The notes beneath the pieces were generated by a model. That model was not told the DNA's origin. It searched no databases and was given only the letters and a program-made list of their open reading frames with translations. A DNA stretch of 64,000 bases from Treponema sp. TIM-1 (GTDB lineage Bacteria; Spirochaetota; Spirochaetia; Treponematales; Breznakiellaceae), in the NCBI RefSeq assembly GCF_046533115.1, contig NZ_JAJQRC010000002.1:43708-107707 (forward strand). Reading direction: 5' to 3'. Each line of letters begins with the position of its first letter. Positions within the stretch are counted from its first letter, which is position 1. This document shows, one piece after another, positions 8,814 through 18,910 of this stretch. The translations under genes and the position numbers were made by a program.

Positions 8814-10271
8814 TCACCCTGAATCCGCAGGGGTTTCCCGCCGGATTTCTCCGATAAGCCAAAGATCCTTCCGTAATACCAGGCGTAATTCGTCCCGGTA
8901 GAAAACGCTTTGGGGGAGGGTTTTGAAATCCCCGGAAGCCGGTTCTGTTGCTTCCGGTGTTTCGGAGGATGCGCCGGGTAACCAGAGGGTATAGGATACC
9001 CGGAAGCTTACTTCACCGTCCCCCGGATCGGTATCCAGTTCCGTGAGATCCATACCGGTAATCCCCACCACGGTTTGATCCGTGGGAAGTCCCCCGGCAT
9101 CCAGCCATTCCTGGGCGGATATTACGGGATTGTTCATTTCATAGGCCATCCGGACCCGGCTCATCACAAAGAGATTGCTTATCATGGCAATATCGTTTTT
9201 TCCCGCCTTGTTGGTAACGCAGGCCTCCATCAGGGTATGATCCAGGGTACCAAAGGCTCCGTAATAGGTTTCAACGACTTCCCGAGGATTCATCCCCCGG
9301 GTGTTGGGCATATTGGCCCGTCCCGAAAGGATACTCCTCACGGAAAGAACCAGAACAACTAACGCGATAAGGACCCCGGTGATGATGGCCGTATTCCTCA
9401 CCAGGAAACGTTTGGTTTTTACCGTGAGGTCCTTCTTTTTTTGGAACTGTTCCAATTCTTGGTTGAGCTTCGCCTGCTCTTCCCGGGCAAGTTCCCGAAT
9501 ATAGGAAATACTTTCCCGGGAACCGGGGGGGCCTAAGATCTCCGCAAAGGATTCCAAACTGGGACGTTTTGTTCCTTTCTGGGAAAAATATTTGACCGGG
9601 GCCAGGGTCTCGTCCAAAAGCCGGGCCAGATTCTTGTCCAAGCCCGGGGCCAAAAGCCGGACAGGAACAAAAACCCCCTCCCGCATATCCTGGCGGACCA
9701 CATCAATATCCGGATTTTGAAAAGCCCCGGTTCCGCAGAATATCCGGTACAACATGGTCGCCGCTGCGTAGGCCGCAGCTTCCCCTCCGGTAAGGTCCGG
9801 ATGTACCCAGCTTGCCGCGCCGGCAAGCCAAGCGTCATCCCCCGCCGCCTCCAGAATCCGCCGGAGGATCCGTTCCGGCGGAAAAAGAATAGTTCCATCC
9901 CCGGAGGCGGCCACGAGGGTCCCCGCGGGCCAGGGGAATGGGGGGCTTTTCTGGTTCTCTAAAAGAAGCCGCCCCTTGATCCAAAACCGTACTGCGTCCA
10001 GGGCCGTTTCTTTTTTTGTCGTATCGCAAACTAATTTGTCCAGTCCTTCTCCGTCAAAATCAGGACCCCAGATGACCATGGTCCCTTCCCGCTCAATGAC
10101 CCCCCCGGGTTTCCACGGCTCAACCGTCCCCCTGGGGGTTACGATATAACCCTGCTGGGTAATAAACTGGGCCATCTTCGCCTGGGCAAACGCCTGAACG
10201 TTAAGGCCCGTATCAAAACCTAAAACGCCGGTTCCTTCAACTTCAAGATGTATGATCCCAAGGTCCTTCAC
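8814..10271 (-). CDS. Hypothetical single-pass membrane protein. The N-terminal cytoplasmic region resembles a protein-kinase C-lobe, possibly a pseudokinase.
   Basis: 485 aa with a central TM helix AIITGVLIALVVLVLSV. The N-terminal block AAATMLYRIFCGTGAFQ...VPVRLLAPGLDKNLARLLDETL resembles the kinase subdomain IX-XI pattern. No catalytic motifs recognized. Confidence 0.3.
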   Translation of the reverse strand: MKDLGIIHLEVEGTGVLGFDTGLNVQAFAQAKMAQFITQQGYIVTPRGTVEPWKPGGVIEREGTMVIWGPDFDGEGLDKLVCDTTKKETALDAVRFWIKGRLLLENQKSPPFPWPAGTLVAASGDGTILFPPERILRRILEAAGDDAWLAGAASWVHPDLTGGEAAAYAAATMLYRIFCGTGAFQNPDIDVVRQDMREGVFVPVRLLAPGLDKNLARLLDETLAPVKYFSQKGTKRPSLESFAEILGPPGSRESISYIRELAREEQAKLNQELEQFQKKKDLTVKTKRFLVRNTAIITGVLIALVVLVLSVRSILSGRANMPNTRGMNPREVVETYYGAFGTLDHTLMEACVTNKAGKNDIAMISNLFVMSRVRMAYEMNNPVISAQEWLDAGGLPTDQTVVGITGMDLTELDTDPGDGEVSFRVSYTLWLPGASSETPEATEPASGDFKTLPQSVFYRDELRLVLRKDLWLIGEIRRETPADSG

Positions 10272-10336
10272 TATGATTCTCCTTGAAGTATTTGAAATAG
10301 CATGATCCGGTTAGCGCCAGCTCCTTTATCCGGGAC

Positions 10337-11320
10337 TTACCTCCCCTGGGGTGAATAGAGGTATTTAAAATAATCCATGTCGGTGGAGAGGGTTTTTTCA
10401 AACTTCGGTATGGTAGTACGGTAGGATTCCACTGCCCGCCAGAATTCGAAGAAGTTTCGATCCTGGTTGTAGGCCTCCGCATAGATGCGGGAGGCCTCCG
10501 CGTCCGCCGCTCCCCGGATGGCCTCGGCCTTTTCATAGGCCGCGGAAAGGATGGATCGTCGTTCATTATCCATCCGTCCCTGCCAGCCCGCCTTTTTTCC
10601 CTCCCCTTCGGACCGGAAGGCCTGGGCGATCTGATTCCGCTCCTTGATCATCCGGGCATAAACACTCTGGGTAAGTTCGTCGGAATACCGGATCTGCCGG
10701 ACCACCACGTCGATAAGTTCAATCCCGTATTCGGGAACCATCCGCCGGGACCGGGTCAGGATCTCTTCCGCCAACTGCCGGCGGCCCTTTTGGATGGGTT
10801 CGTAGGTGGTATCGGGCTGGATCGAATCGGTGATAAGCTCCGGATCGAGTTCCACCCCTATCCCCAGGGCATCCGCGGCTCCGCTCTGTTCCATGATGAT
10901 GTTGGAGTTCCGCACCGTTTCCCGAAGGTAGTTTTCCGCCACCACGGTCCGCACTTCGGAGTCGATAATTTCCGCCAGCTTGGAATAGGCCGCCCCCACG
11001 GTGGAGATGGACTCGTAGAATTTTTTTGGATCCGATATCCGCCATCGGGCGGTAATATCCACCCAGATGTACTGTTTTTCCCGGGTAGGCATACTCTTTT
11101 GTTCCCCGTTCCAGGCCATGATCCGTTTGGGATACCGGACAACCTCATCAATAAAGGGCATTTTCAGATGAAACCCGGCGTCGATCACCACATCCACCAG
11201 TTTTCCCATTTGAACAATCACCGCCTGTTCACCTTCATCAATAACATAAAAGGGTCCCACCGCCAGGATGCCGATGATAATTACGATGATAACCACCATT
11301 ACCATGATAAATTTTTTCAT
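10337..11320 (-). CDS. hflC: FtsH protease modulator HflC (SPFH/band-7)
   Basis: The N-terminal TM helix is followed by PFYVIDEGEQAVIVQMGKLVDVVIDAGFHLKMPFIDEVVRYPKRIMAWNGE. It lies immediately downstream of hflK. Confidence 0.8.
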   Translation of the reverse strand: MKKFIMVMVVIIVIIIGILAVGPFYVIDEGEQAVIVQMGKLVDVVIDAGFHLKMPFIDEVVRYPKRIMAWNGEQKSMPTREKQYIWVDITARWRISDPKKFYESISTVGAAYSKLAEIIDSEVRTVVAENYLRETVRNSNIIMEQSGAADALGIGVELDPELITDSIQPDTTYEPIQKGRRQLAEEILTRSRRMVPEYGIELIDVVVRQIRYSDELTQSVYARMIKERNQIAQAFRSEGEGKKAGWQGRMDNERRSILSAAYEKAEAIRGAADAEASRIYAEAYNQDRNFFEFWRAVESYRTTIPKFEKTLSTDMDYFKYLYSPQGR

Positions 11321-12294
11321 TACCGGCCTCCCGTACTTCCGCCGGAGGAATTGAGATTCTTTAACGAAAGAAAACTATCCAGATTCCGATCGATAAGGGT
11401 AGTACCCGTATCTTCCCTAAAGATCTCTTCAATCATTTCATAATAAAGCCGCTGCCGGGTAACCTCCGGCGCCCGGCGGTACTCGTTGTAGACCAAATTG
11501 AACCGTTCCACTTCGCCATTAGCCTGGTTGACCCGTTCCGTGGCATAACCCTGGGCTATCTGAATACGCCGGTCCGCCTCACCCTTGGCTTTAGGGATCT
11601 CCTCGTTATAGACTTGCTGGCCTTCGTTGATCAACCGGTTCATATCCTGGATCGCCTTATTCACATCGTCAAAGGCCTCCTGAACCCCCGCAGGGGGATC
11701 TATATTTTGGAGTTTTACCGCGATAACGTTAATCCCCAACCCGTAGTTGCGAAAAGTTTCATTCATAAAATTCGTCCCCTCTACCTCAATAAAGCTCCGT
11801 TCCGGTCCCATGATATCCATGATTGTCCGGTCCCCCACCAGCATATTGATAACCGAACGGGATACATCCTGGATGGTTTCGCTCCGTTCCATTACGTTAA
11901 ATACCCAGGCCTTGGCATCCACAATACGGTACTGGATGATCCACTCCACCTCAATAATATTAAGATCCCCGGTAAGCATGGTGGATTCATTGGTCTGGTT
12001 CGTATAGGTAGAGGAAACCCCGCTGCTCAGGGTACGGAAGCCGAATTGTTCGGTCTGAACGTTTTTTACGTTCACCACATAGTGGCGATCTATGCCAAAG
12101 GGCAGCTTAAAGTGCAATCCCGGCCCATTAATAGTATAAAACCGGCCGAACCGGGTAACGACCGCTTCTTCCGTCTGATCCACAATATAAAAACTCGTCC
12201 CCAGAAGAATCACGAGTACAATCCCTATAACAACAAGGGTCATAGTTACCGGGGTAAGCCACTTCGATAAAACCGAAGGGGTAACGTTCTGCAT
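11320..12294 (-). CDS. hflK: FtsH protease modulator HflK (SPFH/band-7)
   Basis: TM helix then FYIVDQTEEAVVTRFGRFYTINGPGLHFKLPFGID. The hflK-hflC order and overlap are classic. Confidence 0.8.
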   Translation of the reverse strand: MQNVTPSVLSKWLTPVTMTLVVIGIVLVILLGTSFYIVDQTEEAVVTRFGRFYTINGPGLHFKLPFGIDRHYVVNVKNVQTEQFGFRTLSSGVSSTYTNQTNESTMLTGDLNIIEVEWIIQYRIVDAKAWVFNVMERSETIQDVSRSVINMLVGDRTIMDIMGPERSFIEVEGTNFMNETFRNYGLGINVIAVKLQNIDPPAGVQEAFDDVNKAIQDMNRLINEGQQVYNEEIPKAKGEADRRIQIAQGYATERVNQANGEVERFNLVYNEYRRAPEVTRQRLYYEMIEEIFREDTGTTLIDRNLDSFLSLKNLNSSGGSTGGR

Positions 12295-12428
12295 AGAGAA
12301 CCTCCTTTACGTTTGATTGATTCCGATAATTCTAAAATTAACCGGTATTTGAAACCGGTTTAACGCAAGCCAATCCCCATTGAAACCGGCTGAATACATT
12401 ACTCCTTTCCAGGATTCCTGTCTTCCCA

Positions 12429-13274
12429 TCAGCGGCTTCTATACCACGCCATGGCGGCATATCCCACAAAAGAATCGGGGAAACTCGAACCGTCTTTGTC
12501 CTGTATATCGGCGCTGGTACCGTAAGCGAGGAGCTTCCCCCGGCCTAATCCCCGGGCTTCGGCAAAACCCAGGGCGCCTAAGACCGCCCCGGAGGAACAG
12601 GCGGCCTTTTCCCTTTCTGCCCGTTCCAGTACCAGGCCGGGGTCTCCCGCCTCAACAGCCGCAAGAAACCGGGCGTCATTTACCTTTTTTACCCATTCCA
12701 GCGCCTTTTCCCCTACACCCTGGGGTATAAAACCGTAATTATATCCATAGTGGGTAAGATCCGTGGAAGCGACAAGAACGATTTTCCGCTTCAGGGCCAG
12801 CCCGGTTTGGGCGATCTGTTTTCCCGCCTCAAAGGAGGCCTTTTCTGCGGGGAGCCGCAGCCAGAGGAGCCGGGCCCGGGGCAGAAAATAAGCTGCCATG
12901 GGAAGCTGTATTTCCACGGTATTATCCTGATAAGCATCTCCGGAACCTCCCAACGCTTTTTTAAGAATTTCCCGGAATTCCCAGTCGATCTCTATAGTCC
13001 CCCAAGGGCTTATCACCCCGTCTTCTTCGGCAAAAAGAGGAGGCGCCCCGGCGGGGAGGTGCCCGCCGATGATCACCACCGTATCGGCATCCCGATCCAG
13101 GGTCGATATGGCCCGGGCCGCGATAGCCCCGGAATAAAACCACCCCGCATGGGGGGCCATAACCGCCAGGGCCGATCCTTCCCCTGCCGCTTCATAATCT
13201 TCGAGAAATTGCCTGATCTCCTGGGGGTTTTGGGGGTACCATCCCGGGGAGAGCTGTCTTTTTCTCAATATCAT
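12429..13274 (-). CDS. MEMO1 family protein (AmmeMemoRadiSam system protein B-type)
   Basis: The N-terminus MILRKRQLSPGWYPQNPQEIRQFLEDYE...MAPHAGWFYSGAIAARA is diagnostic of MEMO1/AmmeMemoRadiSam-B. Confidence 0.7.
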   Translation of the reverse strand: MILRKRQLSPGWYPQNPQEIRQFLEDYEAAGEGSALAVMAPHAGWFYSGAIAARAISTLDRDADTVVIIGGHLPAGAPPLFAEEDGVISPWGTIEIDWEFREILKKALGGSGDAYQDNTVEIQLPMAAYFLPRARLLWLRLPAEKASFEAGKQIAQTGLALKRKIVLVASTDLTHYGYNYGFIPQGVGEKALEWVKKVNDARFLAAVEAGDPGLVLERAEREKAACSSGAVLGALGFAEARGLGRGKLLAYGTSADIQDKDGSSFPDSFVGYAAMAWYRSR

Positions 13275-13356
13275 CGTTTATTACACCCTTTGAAAAAGCC
13301 CCAAAATATCTTATTTTATTCTAGCATAATATAAAAAAAACGTATATAATAGGTTC

Positions 13357-14559
13357 ATGCGTCAGAAAGTATCGTCGAGTATAGCACTTATCTGTATAGC
13401 GGTATATGTTTTGGCTCTGGGAATTGCGGCGTATAAAATTATTACCGGTATTAACGAACGTCAAAGATTAGCGGAACGGGAATTTGCCGAATTGGTGGAT
13501 ATCTCTTCGGCGGCAGGGGTTTTGGGGTTTATGAACGAACCCTTTAGAGAGGCTATCCAGGATGCCCTCATGGATTCCCAGACCCTCCAGGCCGTGATCA
13601 TTTCCGGTCCCCTGGGGGTGGATACCTTTGAACGGGAGCGGGGCCGGATCATTACCTGGGTGGGTGAGTCTCCCCGGTTTAAAACCGCCTTTGGCCTTTC
13701 GGCGGAACCTTTTTTTATGCCCCTCAGGCTGGAGGGTATCCGAAATACCACCATCAGCGCGGTCTCCAATTATATCGACCATGACGGTCTTATCGATATA
13801 TTGAAATATACCCTTCTCGCGATTTTAGTAGCCCTGGCCATTGCTTTTTCCACCCTGATCATGGAATTTCTCCAAACAAAGACCGAGGTAGCCGCCAAAT
13901 CTTCCCGGAAACACGAGGCCGGCCCGACATCGGAAGAAGATGAGGCCTTTGAGGAGGAAGCTGTTTTTCACGGGGAGGAGTTTGTTGCCGAAACAGAAGC
14001 AACCCCCAAAGCGGCGGCCGAGGAGGTTCCTCCGGAAGATCCCCGTGGTCTTTATTCGCCCCATGGCAATATAGGATGGGAGGACTATATCAAGGATCGG
14101 CTTTCGTCGGAACTCCACCGTTGCGCCGCCTCTGAACAGGATTTGGTTTTTGCTATTATCGAATTCAAAAATCCCGAGAAAATCAACGAGGAAGTATTTA
14201 TTAAGCTTGCCGATGAAGCAGTGGAATATTTTATCCACCGGGACCTGATTTTTGAAAAAGGAAACCGGGGCATTTCGGTTATTATTCCCAATATAGACGT
14301 GGATCAGGGGCTGACGAAATCCGAAATTTTCCATAATCAGATTCTGCAGCGCCTGTCCCCGGCCTTCCAAAAAACAGATCTTTGCATTGGCCTTAGTTCC
14401 CGTTCGGGAAGGCTTATCGACGGGGAAAGACTCATTTTTGAGGCCGAAAAAGCCCTGGAAAAGGCCATGCAGGAGCCGGTATCTTCCGTGGTGGCCTTTA
14501 AAAGCGATCCGGAAAAATACCGGGCCTTTATTGCGTCACAAAATAAGAAACGTCCCTGA
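13357..14559 (+). CDS. Two-TM membrane protein with a cytoplasmic degenerate GGDEF-like domain
   Basis: The C-terminal region DLVFAIIEFKNPEKINEEVFIKLADEAVEYFIHRDLIFEKGNRGISVIIPN ... LCIGLSSR...ERLIFEAEKALEKAM follows the GGDEF fold pattern D-x-D-x-FK ... RyGGEEF ... tvSiG ... AD-ALY-AK. GGEEF is replaced by KGNRGI. Confidence 0.4.
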   Translation: MRQKVSSSIALICIAVYVLALGIAAYKIITGINERQRLAEREFAELVDISSAAGVLGFMNEPFREAIQDALMDSQTLQAVIISGPLGVDTFERERGRIITWVGESPRFKTAFGLSAEPFFMPLRLEGIRNTTISAVSNYIDHDGLIDILKYTLLAILVALAIAFSTLIMEFLQTKTEVAAKSSRKHEAGPTSEEDEAFEEEAVFHGEEFVAETEATPKAAAEEVPPEDPRGLYSPHGNIGWEDYIKDRLSSELHRCAASEQDLVFAIIEFKNPEKINEEVFIKLADEAVEYFIHRDLIFEKGNRGISVIIPNIDVDQGLTKSEIFHNQILQRLSPAFQKTDLCIGLSSRSGRLIDGERLIFEAEKALEKAMQEPVSSVVAFKSDPEKYRAFIASQNKKRP

Positions 14560-15514
14560 AAATACGGTTCATCGTCCACTCCGCCAGGGAGTACACATAG
14601 TTGGAACCGGATGACCGGGCGGAGCGGTTCCCCGATTCCAAAAGGGGACCGATCTTGATGACCCGGGTGGTATTATCCCCGATTTGCAGGGTAATTTGCC
14701 CTTCGGTAAAGACCGGAGCCGCGGAACTTATGGAAGAAATAAAATCCTCCCCCTCCGCTTCCATCACGGCACGGATATAGGATTCTACTTTACCCGTATC
14801 CAGCACCTCTCCGCCCCCCCCCTCTTGTATCCAGTTTGCTCCGTTCCGGCTGAGGGTAAAACCTGGGGTTGGGGAATTTTCATCCTCCGGATTGGGGGGA
14901 GGAATAAGGATAATCCGCTGAACCATGTCGGCCCCTACCGGGGCGGCTTCGTTTTCAGGAAAAAGCCGAAGATTGTACCAGGAAGAACGGGCGCCGGTAA
15001 TATACGAAGCCAGTTTGTTTTCCCCGGAACGGACCTCGTCCTGGGTGTTTTTGCGGAGGTATACCTCCTTGCCCGAAGCATCCCCCTCGCCGATAAGCAA
15101 ATCCAGCAGGGGATAGCTGGTACCCGGACCGCCCCGGACGATGATGCGGGATGCCTTCTCGGCGGCAAGGCCCAGTTTTTCATGGGAGGCGGCAGAAGAC
15201 GCCCGGATGGGATAGGCGGTGTTGGTTGAAAGGATCCGGAAGAGGTCCTCTACCCGGGATTGTTTGGCGGGATATTCTTCCCCTTCAAAGGAAACAAACC
15301 ATCCGCCGCTGTTCCGTATCAGGGTAACCCCCGTACTTCCCTGGTCATAGATCTCCACCCGGTCCGCCTGGTCCACCTGTTCGGGCTGGAGCCAAACATA
15401 GGATGCATCCCGGGAATTGACCCGTTCAGGATCAAAAACCACGGTAGCGGTATATACCAACCCAAGAACGCCGGTTAAAACCAAAAGAACTAATAATCGC
15501 TTTTTAAACTCCAT
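14528..15514 (-). CDS. DUF4340-like protein (GldG-associated)
   Basis: It has an N-terminal TM helix. Its size and its position just downstream of a GldG-type gene are typical of DUF4340 partners. Confidence 0.45.
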   Translation of the reverse strand: MEFKKRLLVLLVLTGVLGLVYTATVVFDPERVNSRDASYVWLQPEQVDQADRVEIYDQGSTGVTLIRNSGGWFVSFEGEEYPAKQSRVEDLFRILSTNTAYPIRASSAASHEKLGLAAEKASRIIVRGGPGTSYPLLDLLIGEGDASGKEVYLRKNTQDEVRSGENKLASYITGARSSWYNLRLFPENEAAPVGADMVQRIILIPPPNPEDENSPTPGFTLSRNGANWIQEGGGGEVLDTGKVESYIRAVMEAEGEDFISSISSAAPVFTEGQITLQIGDNTTRVIKIGPLLESGNRSARSSGSNYVYSLAEWTMNRIFRDVSYFVTQ

Positions 15515-17120
15515 CGGAAAGCTCCCTTCCTTTAGTTTTTGTCCGTCTTTTAAGATTTCGGACTATGCCCACGACCACGATCCCCAGGGGAATGACCCCC
15601 ACATTAAGAATCTGGCTGAACCTCATGGCCTTGAGCCGTTTTTCAGGATCGATAATCCGGTCAAGCCGTCCTGCCGGGGGCTGCCGGTTTCTGATGCCAA
15701 TAATATCATCATCATTCCCCAGCCAATCCGCGGTTTTGAGCATAAAATCAAGGTTCTGAAACCCCTGTCCCTGGGTCATCTGAATGAGGGTAGTGGCCAG
15801 ATCGCTATCACCAATGACCACTATCCGGGATTCCTTGGCTTCCACAGGAAGATCCGGTAATTCCTCCTCGGAACCTTCCCGGATTGGTTTGGGCTTATCC
15901 CTAAACCAGCCGGGAAATTTTCCCGAAAGGGCCACGGCGAGGACTTTACTTCCCCGGGTAGCTTCTTCTTCCATTTCGAAGAGGTAACTGGTCTCGGGAT
16001 TTGCCGAAAAGTCCTTGGTCATGAGCCACGCATCGGGGGTGGTGGAAAAGAGGATCTCCCCCTCCACCGATTCGGGGGGAGTTAAGTTTATGGGACTTGC
16101 CCAAAAAAGGTCCATCCCTCCGAAACCCACGGTAAGGGGATGTTTCGGATTGCCGTTTTCCGCCAATACCCCTATCCAATGGGGATAACGGATTATCCTA
16201 AATTGTATGGAACCGCTGGGAGTCGCGGTCTGGTATTGGAGGGTCAGGGCGGAACGATCCAACACCATTTCGGGCTGTACCGCGGCGCCATAGGATGCAA
16301 CCATGGCAAGCAAGCCGCCGTCATTTTTTATCCGGGATTCCAGGGTATTTTTGGCATCCACAAAGACCCCTTCCAGGGCGAAAAGAACCTTTCCCCCATT
16401 CTGAATATACCGGTCTATACGGTAGAGGGCCCATTCGTCCAGTTCCTCCACCCCCCCCAATACCAAAAGGACCGGCAGGACATCGCTTATTTCTTCTCCG
16501 GGGCTTAACACCCTGACCCGATACCCTGATTGGGTAAAAACCTGATCCAGGTATCCGTAATCCGATGTCCACTGTTTATCCGCGTCCCCGACTAAAACCC
16601 CCACTTCCCGTTCGGATTCCCGCAGCATGGAACGGATCCGGGAACTTATATCGTACTCCAGGGTATCCAGAGAAAATACCCAGGGCAACACCGCAACTTG
16701 GTCAAGATATTCGATCACAATTCCCGTATATACCGTGGAGAAAGTAGCCTCGTCCCGTTCAACGCTTTGGATCTGCCGGGGCTGGATCCCCATTTGCTCC
16801 ACCGCCTGAACCATCTCTGTTTTTGAGGGGTCCCGCCGGGTAAAGCGGATCTTACCCCGGGAGTAGGCCGCGTATTCCCGGAGCAGATCCTCAATTTCCC
16901 CGGGGATGGGATGAATAGCGGAGAGTTTTTCCGACACATAATAGGTGATCCGTATCTGGTCGGGAATCTCACCGGAAAGATTCCGGGAAACCTGGGAAAT
17001 GGTATAGGCCTTGTTTTTGGTCAAATCCAACCGGAACCAGAGCCGCTGACTTAACAATAAACCCAGGATAAGGGCGATGACGGATATAACCGTTAAAATC
17101 CAGCTTTGTCTTTTGGTCAT
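15504..17120 (-). CDS. GldG-type ABC transporter auxiliary protein
   Basis: 538 aa with an N-terminal TM helix and a C-terminal TM helix followed by a basic tail. The N-terminus RLDLTKNKAYTISQVS matches the GldG family. Confidence 0.6.
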   Translation of the reverse strand: MTKRQSWILTVISVIALILGLLLSQRLWFRLDLTKNKAYTISQVSRNLSGEIPDQIRITYYVSEKLSAIHPIPGEIEDLLREYAAYSRGKIRFTRRDPSKTEMVQAVEQMGIQPRQIQSVERDEATFSTVYTGIVIEYLDQVAVLPWVFSLDTLEYDISSRIRSMLRESEREVGVLVGDADKQWTSDYGYLDQVFTQSGYRVRVLSPGEEISDVLPVLLVLGGVEELDEWALYRIDRYIQNGGKVLFALEGVFVDAKNTLESRIKNDGGLLAMVASYGAAVQPEMVLDRSALTLQYQTATPSGSIQFRIIRYPHWIGVLAENGNPKHPLTVGFGGMDLFWASPINLTPPESVEGEILFSTTPDAWLMTKDFSANPETSYLFEMEEEATRGSKVLAVALSGKFPGWFRDKPKPIREGSEEELPDLPVEAKESRIVVIGDSDLATTLIQMTQGQGFQNLDFMLKTADWLGNDDDIIGIRNRQPPAGRLDRIIDPEKRLKAMRFSQILNVGVIPLGIVVVGIVRNLKRRTKTKGRELSDGV

Positions 17121-17123
17121 CCC

Positions 17124-17858
17124 TTACCTCCATTTCCTGAAAAGCAGTACCCGGGTATTAAAAAACAAAAACAACACCGTGGTAATAATAAAAAATGCCA
17201 AATCCCGGGTATCGATAAGTCCCTTGGAAAAACTTTCAAAATGAAAGGACAGGGAAATAAAATTAATGCCTTCGCTAAGCCACAGGGGAAGGTTAAAGGT
17301 CATGGTGAATTGACTGGCCAGCATCACCAAGAGGAGTACCACCGCACTTCCCAGAAAGGCGCCGGCCTGATTTTTCGACAGGCAAGAGAGGAAAAGCCCC
17401 AGGGCAGTGGCGGATGAACCCAGGAGAAGGGCTCCGGCGTATTCCCCCAGAATGACCCCGGCATCAAAAAAACCAAGTGGTAAAAGGCTTACGGGTACCG
17501 GTATGGTAAGGACAATGATCACCGTTAACACGGCAAAGGATGAAAAGAATTTCCCCAGGACCAGATCCCATTCGGAAAAAGGCATGGTCAGGAGGATTTC
17601 AACACTCCCCAGTTTCCGTTCCTCTGCCCAGCTTTTCATGGTGATCACCGGGATCACCATGATGAATGCCAGGGGGAAGGCCGAAAAAAAAGGCCGCAAG
17701 GTAGCGGTATTTAACGAGAAAAAACGCTGAAAATAAAAAAACCACAGGGTAGTAAAAAGGAGAAAAAATACCCCGACTCCATAAAAAGCCGGAGAAATGC
17801 TGTAAGAATAGAGTTCTTTCCTCGCCAATGCAAGGGCTTTACGCGGCAAATACTTCAT
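17124..17858 (-). CDS. ABC-2 type permease (GldF-like)
   Basis: 244 aa with six TM helices. Placed between the ATPase and GldG genes. Confidence 0.65.
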   Translation of the reverse strand: MKYLPRKALALARKELYSYSISPAFYGVGVFFLLFTTLWFFYFQRFFSLNTATLRPFFSAFPLAFIMVIPVITMKSWAEERKLGSVEILLTMPFSEWDLVLGKFFSSFAVLTVIIVLTIPVPVSLLPLGFFDAGVILGEYAGALLLGSSATALGLFLSCLSKNQAGAFLGSAVVLLLVMLASQFTMTFNLPLWLSEGINFISLSFHFESFSKGLIDTRDLAFFIITTVLFLFFNTRVLLFRKWR

Positions 17859-18820
17859 GGCCGGGACTCCTCTTCGCTGGTTAATTTTACAAAAATATCT
17901 TCCAGGCTGAGCCGCTTCCGGTCCATCCTGAGAATTTTGAAACCCCGGGAAACCGCCCAGTCAAAGATCCGCTCCCCATCGGCCCATTCGGTAGCCGACC
18001 CCCGGATTGGCAGGAAAAAACTTACCTTCACCGTACCGTCGGGACCATCACTGATACTGCCCGGCCGGACATCCCCTTCGGGAAGGCCAAGCCCATCCCG
18101 TAAACCCGCGATATCCGTCCCTTTCAGGATCAATTCCCAGGTATCCCCCCCCTTCATAGTGCCGGCAATTTCTTCGGGTTTACCCTGGGCGGCGATCCTG
18201 CCCTCGTTGAGGATGAGTACCTGAGAACAAACCGCTTCGACTTCCTGCAAAATATGGGTAGAGAGGATAACGGTTTTCCGTTTGCCCAGTTCCGTGATGA
18301 GGCCGCGGATCTCGATGATCTGGTTCGGGTCCAAACCGGAAGTAGGTTCATCCAGGATGAGAATGGGCGGATCATGGATGATTGCCTGGGCAAGCCCCAC
18401 CCGCTGTTTATACCCCTTGGAAAGATCTTCAATCTTTTTGCCCGCCACCTGCTTGAGCCCACAGGCTTCCAGAGCGGATTGGATCTTCCCTTTTTGCTCC
18501 TGCCGGGGGATAAGCCGGGCCTGGGCAATAAAGGTGAGGTATTCCAGGGGGGTTAAATCCCCATAAAGGGGGACGCTTTCGGGAAGGTATCCGATGCGGC
18601 TTTTTACCTCCACCGGATCATCCTGAACGGAAATACCATCCACCAAGGCCGTCCCCTCCGACGGAAAATGATAGCCGGTCAGGATCTTCATGATGGTGGT
18701 TTTTCCCGCCCCATTAGGCCCGAGAAAGCCCAGGACCTGATCCTTACCTACGGAAAAGGACACATCCTTTACCGCTTCTACCGATCCGTATCGTTTTGTA
18801 AGGCTATTTACTTCTATCAT
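17855..18820 (-). CDS. ABC transporter ATP-binding protein (GldA-like)
   Basis: Walker A GPNGAGKTT, signature LSKGYKQRV, Walker B ILILDEPTSGLD. Confidence 0.85.
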   Translation of the reverse strand: MIEVNSLTKRYGSVEAVKDVSFSVGKDQVLGFLGPNGAGKTTIMKILTGYHFPSEGTALVDGISVQDDPVEVKSRIGYLPESVPLYGDLTPLEYLTFIAQARLIPRQEQKGKIQSALEACGLKQVAGKKIEDLSKGYKQRVGLAQAIIHDPPILILDEPTSGLDPNQIIEIRGLITELGKRKTVILSTHILQEVEAVCSQVLILNEGRIAAQGKPEEIAGTMKGGDTWELILKGTDIAGLRDGLGLPEGDVRPGSISDGPDGTVKVSFFLPIRGSATEWADGERIFDWAVSRGFKILRMDRKRLSLEDIFVKLTSEEESRP

Positions 18821-18910
18821 ATCGAGTTATATATAAAAAAAACAAAAAAAAATCAACACACCCCTGCGGTAACGGCTAAACTCGACTTAAAAATTTATGG
18901 GGTCTTCGCT

